Assembly (NCBI GenBank): GCA_043228905.1
Contig: JBHGNT010000050.1
Location: 115,177 to 179,176 of the forward strand
Direction: 5' to 3'
DNA: 64,000 nucleotides
DNA from: Azolla caroliniana
Taxonomy: Eukaryota; Plantae; Polypodiophyta
Below the pieces are notes generated by a model, which ran no database searches, was not told where the DNA came from, and saw only the letters and a program-made list of their open reading frames with translations. The position numbers and the translations under genes were made by a program. Below, piece by piece: positions 1 to 9,500 of the stretch; position 1 is the stretch's first letter; each line of letters opens with the position of its first letter.

Positions 1-27
1 ACAAGAGGGTAGGTTTATATAGGGGGA

Positions 28-29
<2 letters not shown>

Positions 30-91
<62 letters not shown>
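30..91. repeat. (GA)31 / (TC)31 perfect microsatellite
   Basis: Direct reading of the sequence. Confidence 0.99.
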
Positions 92-94
<3 letters not shown>

Positions 95-204
95 GGAGTT
101 TAATGATGGGAGAGAGGGAAACGGGGAATTGTGATAGGTAATGGATTGGTTAGTGAAAGTGGGTTAGAGGGGGGTTATATGTATGTACATGATAAGTGAT
201 AGGT

Positions 205-225
205 GGGGGTGGGTGTGGGGGTGGG
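205..225 (+). other. Potential G-quadruplex
   Basis: GGGGG-T-GGG-TGT-GGGGG-T-GGG: four G runs of at least 3 with 1-3 nt loops. Motif match only. Confidence 0.6.
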
Positions 226-244
226 ATATAAAAGGCATATAGTA

Positions 245-1792
245 TTAAGTGGGAGTTTTTATGGATTTATATTTAGTTTTGACGAGAAGAGAATGAATGG
301 ACTTAGACTTAGTCCAACATATGAAGGGTCGCGGTAGTTCGGATAGTTGGGGATGTGTGGCTAAATCTGCGTGGAGGTTTTCTAGCATGTCGTGAATTCC
401 TAATCTAGGGGTATCTTTCGTATACCTAAGTTTGAAGATGACAGGTATAAGGGTACTTTTAGGTTTTCTACTAAATACTAGTGATTTCCTGGCGTTAAAT
501 GGCACCTTTTTATAATTCTCTAATATAAAAGAAAGGGGATACCCTCTCTTAACTAATCTACTAAAAAATAGTTTTTTCATTCGAAGGAAACCTAAGGGGG
601 TACTTTCTCTAATTAGGTATCGTTTTAGTTCATTAATAATAAAATGACGTTTTAAGTGAAGGGGGTGAACTGACGAGAATGAGAGATATTGGTAGGCATT
701 TTGAGGCTTTTGGTAGCAATTAAAGGAGAAATGTGAATTCTTTAGGTTAATCCATAAATCTAAGAACGGTAATCTAAAGGGAGAAGTGGTGATGGTAATT
801 TTGATGCAATTATTAGTGGAGGTGTTATAGAACTGGAGGTAATTTTCTAATTCGGGTTTAGTACCTGTCCATATCCCGAATGCATCATCTATATATCTAG
901 TGAAATAAAAAAGATTAGGGTGTGATGGCTGGGAGTTCTCTAAGTGAGCTAAGAATAGGCATGCATAAACTACAGAAAAATTACTACCCATGGCTGTACC
1001 CTTGACTTGTTGATAGATCATGTCATCAAAGGATAGAAAGTGATATTCTAATGTGAGTGCGCTAAGTGTATAGATAAGGTTAGTTTTAGAAGATGAAAAA
1101 TGTGGGGTAATCATTTTTCGTAAAGCTTGGAGTCCTAACCTAGGGGGTATGCTGGGATATAGAGATTCAACATCAAAGGTGAAGATAAAGCTATTAGGGG
1201 GTGGGTTGAGATGTTCTAAAGTCTGGACAAGGGAATGTGAGTCTTTCAAATATTGCTTTTGAAGGAGAAGGATAGGCATGAGTTGGTGGTGAAGCCATTT
1301 TGATGTTTGTTCAAAAAGGGAGTTATTGTATGAGCAAATAGGTCTAAAACCTATTGGGTTTTTATGGAGTTTTGGGAGGAAATAGATATTGCATACTTTG
1401 TACCCTTTTGAGGGTTTATGTAGTATGTAATTGGCTTCTATGTTGGATAGGGTACCAAGATGGTTATTAACAATGTTTTTCAATCTATAGGATAATTCCT
1501 CAAGTGGATAGTGGGAGACTTTTTTATATGTATTAGTATCAGAAAGGTGTTCTATAGCTTTGTTATAGTACGTGTCCTTATCAAGAACACACACTCCACC
1601 ATTCTTGTCAGCAGGTAGGATTATGATTTTGTTGTTTTTCTTAAGAGATTGTAAGGCTAGTGATAAGTGAGGTGCAATCCTAGTGGGTTTTAATTTGAGT
1701 GTATGAAGTGTGTCCCTAAAGATAGTTTGGTGTTTAGATATAATGTTTTCTAAGGGAGTGTACTTAGTAGGAGGTTGCCAACTAGGGTTAGG
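245..1792 (-). CDS. Penelope-like element reverse transcriptase, 5'-truncated, no C-terminal GIY-YIG endonuclease
   Basis: Open frame with PLE RT motifs in the expected order: IILPADKNGG (DKG/DKN motif, ~1601-1609), YFLPKLHK..FRPI (motifs 1-2), FDVESLYPSI (A, ~1150-1177), QQVKGTAMGS (B), RYIDD (C, 884-895), LPFLDL (E), thumb YQKPQNAYQYLSFSSVHP..RGYP; stop TAA at 245-247. The first 17 aa of the 245..1843 track ORF (1793-1843, GTG start) are satellite sequence, so the native start is missing. Confidence 0.93.
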   Translation of the reverse strand, partial: PNPSWQPPTKYTPLENIISKHQTIFRDTLHTLKLKPTRIAPHLSLALQSLKKNNKIIILPADKNGGVCVLDKDTYYNKAIEHLSDTNTYKKVSHYPLEELSYRLKNIVNNHLGTLSNIEANYILHKPSKGYKVCNIYFLPKLHKNPIGFRPICSYNNSLFEQTSKWLHHQLMPILLLQKQYLKDSHSLVQTLEHLNPPPNSFIFTFDVESLYPSIPPRLGLQALRKMITPHFSSSKTNLIYTLSALTLEYHFLSFDDMIYQQVKGTAMGSNFSVVYACLFLAHLENSQPSHPNLFYFTRYIDDAFGIWTGTKPELENYLQFYNTSTNNCIKITITTSPFRLPFLDLWINLKNSHFSFNCYQKPQNAYQYLSFSSVHPLHLKRHFIINELKRYLIRESTPLGFLRMKKLFFSRLVKRGYPLSFILENYKKVPFNARKSLVFSRKPKSTLIPVIFKLRYTKDTPRLGIHDMLENLHADLATHPQLSELPRPFICWTKSKSIHSLLVKTKYKSIKTPT

Positions 1793-2303
1793 TAGCCTTG
1801 TTAGCTTCGATTCGCATGTTTGAACAAAGAAATCCGATATCACACGAGCCAGGTATTACCATTTTAATTTACTCACTCGCTCTTCTCAACTCCCTCCTCA
1901 AATTTATTAATTTCCTCATGTCTCTCGGCCTCAATTTTAAAATTATAATTTGTCAATTCAATATCATAGCTAGCGTTGTTAACTTCGATTTTGCATGTTT
2001 GAACACAAAAATCCGATGTCACACGAGCTAGGTATGACCATTTTAATTTACTCACTAGCTCTTCTCAACTCCCTCCTCAAATATTGTAATTTCTTCATGT
2101 CGCTCGACCTGAGTTTCAAAATCTCGATTTTTCAATTCAATATCATAGCTAGCGTTGTTAGCTTCCTTTCGCATGTTTGAACAGAGAAATCCGATATCAC
2201 ACGTGCCAGGTTTGACCATTTTAATTTACTGACGCACTCTTCTCCACTACCTCCTTAAATTTGCTAATTTCGTCATGTCTCTCGGCCTATTCAATATCAT
2301 AGC
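1793..2303 (+). repeat. Diverged edge monomers
   Basis: Anchor spacings 179, 178, 154 (1832, 2011, 2189, 2343). Private substitutions (CTCGGCCTCAATTTTAAAATTATAATTTG) and a 24-bp deletion at ~2288. Confidence 0.93.
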
Positions 2304-3534
2304 TAGCATTGTTAACTTCGATTCGCATGTTTGAACACAGAAATCCGATATCACACGAGCCAGGTATGACCATTTTAATTTACTCACTCGCTCTTCTCAA
2401 CTCCCTCCTCAAACATGCTAATTTCCTCATGTCTTTCGACGTGAGTTTCAAAATCTTGATTTTTTAATTCTATATCAAAGCTAGCGTTGTTAGCTTCGAT
2501 TCGCATGTTTGAACACAGACATCCGATATCACACGAGCTGGGTATGACCATTTTAATTTACTCACTGGCTCTTCTCAACTCCCTCCTCAAATATGCTAAT
2601 TTCCTCATGTCTCTCGACCTGATTTTCAAAATCTCGATTTTTTAATTCTATATCATAGCTAGCCTTGTTAGTTTCGACTCGCATGTTTGAACACAGAAAT
2701 CCGATGTCACACAAGCCAGGTATGACCATTTTAATTTACTCACACGCTCTTCTCAACACCCTCCTCAAATATTGTAATTTCTTCATGTCGCTCGACCTGA
2801 GTTTCAAAATCTCGATTTTTTAATTCTATATCATAGCTAGCGTTGTTAACTTCGATGCGCATGTTTGAATAGAGAAATCCGATATCACACGAGCCAGGTA
2901 TGACCATTTTAATTTACTCACTGGCTCTTCTCAACTCCCTCCTCAAATATGCTAATTTCCACATGTCTCTCGATCTGAGTTTCAAAATCTCGATTTTTTA
3001 ATTCTATATCATAGCTAGCGTTGTTAGATTCGATTCGCATGTTTGAACACAAAAATCCGATATCACACGAGCCAGGTATGACCATTTTAATTTACTCACA
3101 CGCTCTTCTCAACTCCCTCCTCAAATATGCTAATTTCCTCATGTCTCTCGACCTGAGTTTCAAAATCTCGATTTTTTAATTCTATGTCATAACTAGCCTT
3201 GTTAGCTTCGATTCGCATGTTTGAACACAGAAATCCGATATCACACGAGCCAGGTATGACCATTTTAATTTACTCACTCGCTCTTCTCAACTCCCTCCAC
3301 CAACATGCTAATTTCCTCATGTCTTTCGACGTCAGTTTCAAAATCTTGATTTTTTAATTCTATATCATAGCTAGCCTTGTTAGCTTCGATTCGCATGTTT
3401 GAACACAAAAATCCGATATCACAAGAGCCAGGTATGACCATTTTAATTTACTCACTCGCTCTTCTCAACTCCCTCCTCCAGCATGCTAATTTCCTCATGT
3501 CTTTCGACGTCAGTTTCAAAATCTTGATATTTTA

Positions 3535-6500
3535 ATTCTATATCATAGCTAGCGTTGTTAGCTTCGATTCGCATGTTTGAACACAAAAATCCGATATCAC
3601 ACGAGCCAGGTATGAACATTTTAATTTACTCACTAGCTCTTCTCAACTCCCTCCTCAAATATTGTAATTTCTTCATGTCTCTCGACCTGAGTTTCAAAAT
3701 CTCGATTTTTTAATTCTATATCATAGCTAGCCTTGTTAGTTTCGATTCGCATGTTTGAATACAGAAATCCGATATCACACGAGCCAGGTATAACCATTTT
3801 AATTTACTCACTCGCTCTTCTCAACTCCCTCCTCCAACATGCTAATTTCCTCATGTCTTTCGACGTCAGTTTCAAAATCTTGATATTTTAATTCTATATC
3901 ATAGCTAGCCTTGTTAGCTTCGATTCACATGTTTGAGCACAGAAATCCGATATCACACGAGCCAAGTATGACCATTTTAATTTACTCACTGGCTCTTCTC
4001 AACTCCCTCCTCAAATATGTTAATTTCGTCATGTCTCTCGACCTGAGTTTCAAAATCTCGATTTTTTAATTCTATATCATACCTAGCTTTGTTAGCTTCG
4101 ATTCGCATGTTTGAACACAAAAATCAAATATCACACGAGCCAGGTATGACCATTTTAATTTACTCACTCGCTCTTCTCAACTCCCTCCTCCAACATGCTA
4201 ATTTCCTCATGTCTTTCGACGTCAGTTTCAAAATCTTGATTTTTTAATTCTATATCATAGCTAGCCTTGTTAGTTTCGATTCGCATGTTTGAACACAGAA
4301 ATCCGATATCACACGAGCCAGGTATGACCATTTTAATTTACTCACTCGCTCTTCTCAACTCCCTCCTCCAACATGCTAATTTCCTCATGTCTTTCGACGT
4401 CAGTTTCAAAATCTCGATTTTTTAATTCTATATCATAGCTAGCCTTGTTAGCTTCGATTTGCATGTTTGAACACAGAAATCCGATATCACACGAGCCAGG
4501 TATGACCATTTAAATTTACTCACTGGCTCTTCTCAACTCCCTCCTCAAATATGCTAATTTCGGCATGTCTCTCGACCTGAGTTTCAAAATCTTGATTTTT
4601 AAATTCTATATCAAAGCTAGCGTTGTTAGCTTCGATTCGCATGTTTGAACACAAAAATCCGATATTAAACGAGCCAGGTATGACCATTTTAATTTACTCA
4701 CTCGCTCTTCTCAACTCCCTCCTCAAATATGCTAATTTCCGCATGTCTCTCGACCTGAGTTTCAAAATCTCGATCTTCTAATTCTATATCATAGCTAGCG
4801 TTGTTAGCTTCGATTCGCATGTTTGAACACAAAAATCCGATATCACACGAGCCAGGTATGAACATTTTAATTTACTCACTAGCTCTTCTCAACTCCCTCC
4901 TCAAATATTGTAATTTCTTCATGTCTCTCGACCTGAGTTTCAAAATCTCGATTATTTAATTCTATATCATAGCTAGCGTTCTTATCTTCGATTCGCATGT
5001 TTGAACACAAAAATCCGATATCAGACGTGCCAGGTATGAACATTTTAATTTACTCACTGGCTCTTCTCAACTCCTTCTTGAAATACGCTAATTTCCTCAT
5101 GTCTCTCGACCTGAGTTTCAAAATCTCGATTTTTTAATTCTATATCATAGCTAGCGTTGTTAGCTTCGATTTGCATGTTTGAACACAAAAATCCGATATC
5201 ACACGAGCCAGGTATGAACATTTTAATTTACTCACTAGCTCTTCTCAACTCCCTCCTCAAATATTGTAATTTCTTCATGTCTCTCGACCTGAGTTTCAAA
5301 GTCTCGATTATTTAATTCTATATCATAGCTAGCGTTGTTATCTTCGATTCGCATGTTTGAACACAAAAATCCGATATCACACATGCCAGGTATGAACATT
5401 TTAATTTACTCACTAGCTCTTCTCAACTCCCTCCTCAAATATTCTAATTTCCTCATGTCGCTCGACCTGAGTTTCAAAATCTCGATTTTTTAATTCTATA
5501 TCATAGCTAGCGTTGTTAGCTTCGATTCGCATGTTTGAACACAAAAATCCGATATCACACGAGCCAGGTATGAACATTTTAATTTACTCACTAGCTCTTC
5601 TCAACTCCCTCCTCAAATATTGTAATTTCCTCATGTCTTTCGACATCAGTTTCAAAATCTTGATTTTTTAATTCTATATCATAGCTAGCGTTGTTAGCTT
5701 CGATTCGCATGTTTGAACAGAGAAATCCGATATCACACGTGCCAGGTTTGACCAGTTTAATTTACTCACTCGCTCTTCTCAACTCCCTCCTCAAATATGC
5801 TAATTTCCTCATGTCTCTCGACCTGAGTTTCAAAATCTCGATTTTTTAATTCTATGTCATAACTAGCCTTGTTAGCTTCGATTCGCATGTTTGAACACAG
5901 AAATCCGATATCACACGAGCCAGGTATGACCATTTTAATTTACTCACTCGCTCTTCTCAACTCCCTCCTCCAACATGCTAATTTCCTCATGTCTTTCGAC
6001 GTCAGTTTCCAAATCTCGATTTTTTAATTCTATATCATAGCTAGCCTTGTTAGCTTCGATTCGCATGTTTGAACACAGAAATCCGATATCACACGAGCCA
6101 GGTATGACCATTTTAATTTACTCACTCGCTCTTCTCAACTCCCTCCTCCAACATGCTAATTTCCTCATGTCTTTCGACGTCAGTTTCAAAATCTTGATTT
6201 TTTAATTCTATATCATAGCTAGCCTTGTTAGTTTCGATTCGCATGTTTGAACACAAAAATCCGATATCACACGAGCCAGGTATGACCATTTTAATTTACT
6301 CACTCGCTCTTCTCAACTCCCTCCTCCAACATGCTAATTTCCTCATGTCTTTCGACGTCAGTTTCAAAATCTCGATTTTTTAATTCTATATCATAGCTAG
6401 CCTTGTTAGCTTCGATTTGCATGTTTGAACACAGAAATCCGATATCACACGAGCCAGGTATGACCATTTAAATTTACTCACTGGCTCTTCTCAACTCCCT

Positions 6501-9500
6501 CCTCAAATATGCTAATTTCGGCATGTCTCTCGACCTGAGTTTCAAAATCTTGATTTTTAAATTCTATATCAAAGCTAGCGTTGTTAGCTTCGATTCGCAT
6601 GTTTGAACACAAAAATCCGATATTAAACGAGCCAGGTATGACCATTTTAATTTACTCACTCGCTCTTCTCAACTCCCTCCTCAAATATGCTAATTTCCGC
6701 ATGTCTCTCGACCTGAGTTTCAAAATCTCGATCTTCTAATTCTATATCATAGCTAGCGTTGTTAGCTTCGATTCGCATGTTTGAACACAAAAATCCGATA
6801 TCACACGAGCCAGGTATGAACATTTTAATTTACTCACTAGCTCTTCTCAACTCCCTCCTCAAATATTGTAATTTCTTCATGTCTCTCGACCTGAGTTTCA
6901 AAATCTCGATTATTTAATTCTATATCATAGCTAGCGTTCTTATCTTCGATTCGCATGTTTGAACACAAAAATCCGATATCAGACGTGCCAGGTATGAACA
7001 TTTTAATTTACTCACTGGCTCTTCTCAACTCCTTCTTGAAATACGCTAATTTCCTCATGTCTCTCGACCTGAGTTTCAAAATCTCGATTTTTTAATTCTA
7101 TATCATAGCTAGCGTTGTTAGCTTCGATTTGCATGTTTGAACAAAAAAATCCGATATCACACGAGCCAGGTATGAACATTTTAATTTACTCACTAGCTCT
7201 TCTCAACTCCCTCCTCAAATATTGTAATTTCTTCATGTCTCTCGACCTGAGTTTCAAAGTCTCGATTATTTAATTCTATATCATAGCTAGCGTTGTTATC
7301 TTCGATTCGCATGTTTGAACACAAAAATCCGATATCACACGTGCCAGGTATGAACATTTTAATTTACTCACTAGCTCTTCTCAACTCCCTCCTCAAATAT
7401 TCTAATTTCCTCATGTCGCTCGACCTGAGTTTCAAAATCTCGATTTTTTAATTCTATATCATAGCTAGCGTTGTTAGCTTCGATTCGCATGTTTGAACAC
7501 AAAAATCCGATATCACACGAGCCAGGTATGAACATTTTAATTTACTCACTAGCTCTTCTCAACTCCCTCCTCAAATATTGTAATTTCCTCATGTCTTTCG
7601 ACATCAGTTTCAAAATCTTGATTTTTTAATTCTATATCATAGCTAGCGTTGTTAGCTTCGATTCGCATGTTTGAACAGAGAAATCCGATATCACACGTGC
7701 CAGGTTTGACCAGTTTAATTTACTCACTCGCTCTTCTCAACTCCCTCCTCAAATATTGTAATTTCCTCATGTCTCTCGACCTGAGTTTCAAAGTCTTGAT
7801 TTTTTAATTCTATATCATAGCTAGCCTTGTTAGTTTCGATTCGCATGTTGGAACACAGAAATCCGATATCACACGAGCCAGGTATGACCATTTTAATTTA
7901 CTCACTCGCTCTTCTCAACTCCCTCCTCCAACATGCTAATTTCCTCATGTCTTTAGACGTCAGTTTCAAAATCTTGATTTTTTAATTCTATATCATAGCT
8001 AGCCTTGTTAGCTTCGATTTGCATGTTTGAACACAGAAATCCGATATCACACGAGCCAGGTATGACCATTTTAATTTACTCACACGCTCTTCTCAACTCC
8101 CTCCTCAAATATGCTAATTTCGGCATGTCTCTCGACCTGAGTTTCAAAATCTTGATTTTTTAATTCTATATCATAGCTAGCCTTGTTAGTTTCGATTCGC
8201 ATGTTTGAACACAGAAATCCGATATCACACGAGCCAGGTATGACCATTTTAATTTACTCACTCGCTCTTCTCAACTCCCTCCTCCAACATGCTAATTTCC
8301 TCATGTCTTTCGACGTCAGTTTCAAAATCTCGATTTTTTAATTCTATATCATAGCTAGCCTTGTTAGCTTCGATTTGCATGTTTGAACACAGAAATCCGA
8401 TATCACACGAGCCAGGTATGACCATTTAAATTTACTCACTGGCTCTTCTCAACTCCCTCCTCAAATATGCTAATTTCGGCATGTCTCTCGACCTGAGTTT
8501 CAAAATCTTGATTTTTAAATTCTATATCAAAGCTAGCGTTGTTAGCTTCGATTCGCATGTTTGAACACAAAAATACGATATTAAACGAGCCAGGTATGAC
8601 CATTTTAATTTACTCACTCGCTCTTCTCAACTCCCTCCTCAAATATGCTAATTTCCGCATGTCTCTCGACCTGAGTTTCAAAATCTCGATCTTCTAATTC
8701 TATATCATAGCTAGCGTTGTTAGCTTCGATTCGCATGTTTGAACACAAAAATCCGATATCACACGAGCCAGGTATGACCATTTTAATTTACTCACTCGCT
8801 CTTCTCAACTCCCTCCTCCAACATGCTAATTTCCTCATGTCTTTCGACGTCAGTTTCAAAATCTCGATTTTTTAATTCTATATCATAGCTAGCCTTGTTA
8901 GCTTCGATTTGCATGTTTGAACACAGAAATCCGATATCACACGAGCCAGGTATGACCATTTAAATTTACTCACTGGCTCTTCTCAACTCCCTCCTCAAAT
9001 ATGCTAATTTCGGCATGTCTCTCGACCTGAGTTTCAAAATCTTGATTTTTAAATTCTATATCAAAGCTAGCGTTGTTAGCTTCGATTCGCATGTTTGAAC
9101 ACAAAAATCCGATATTAAACGAGCCAGGTATGACCATTTTAATTTACTCACTCGCTCTTCTCAACTCCCTCCTCAAATATGCTAATTTCCGCATGTCTCT
9201 CGACCTGAGTTTCAAAATCTCGATCTTCTAATTCTATATCATAGCTAGCGTTGTTAGCTTCGATTCGCATGTTTGAACACAAAAATCCGATATCACACGA
9301 GCCAGGTATGAACATTTTAATTTACTCACTAGCTCTTCTCAACTCCCTCCTCAAATATTGTAATTTCTTCATGTCTCTCGACCTGAGTTTCAAAATCTCG
9401 ATTTTTTAATTCTATATCATAGCTAGCCTTGTTAGTTTCGATTCGCATGTTTGAATACAGAAATCCGATATCACACGAGCCAGGTATAACCATTTTAATT

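Larger units (their letters stand above)
1..1792 (-). mobile_element. Penelope-like retroelement copy (either endonuclease-lacking Coprina/Athena type or Naiad/Chlamys type that lost its N-terminal endonuclease by truncation); 3' end not defined in window
   Basis: RT ORF as above. The G-rich/C-poor + strand composition continues from the ORF into 1-244, suggesting the trailer belongs to the element. The 5' end abuts the satellite. No pseudo-LTR or target-site duplication is visible. Confidence 0.75.

Noticed and set aside
670-700. CTGACGA hammerhead-like core
   Set aside because: Antisense within the coding region (FSSVH), with no evident stem II and GAAA partner.
245-1792. Telomerase, bacterial retron/defence RT or group II intron RT
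   Set aside because: The DKN, LPKLHK, GTAMG and S.HP..RGYP signatures are PLE-type. No TERT T motif or maturase features are seen.
1793-1970. CENP-B box, yeast CDEI, or identity with Arabidopsis CEN178
   Set aside because: The TTCG sites lack the downstream A..CGGG. The CACGTG variant lacks the RTCACRTG context. Only the length matches CEN178.
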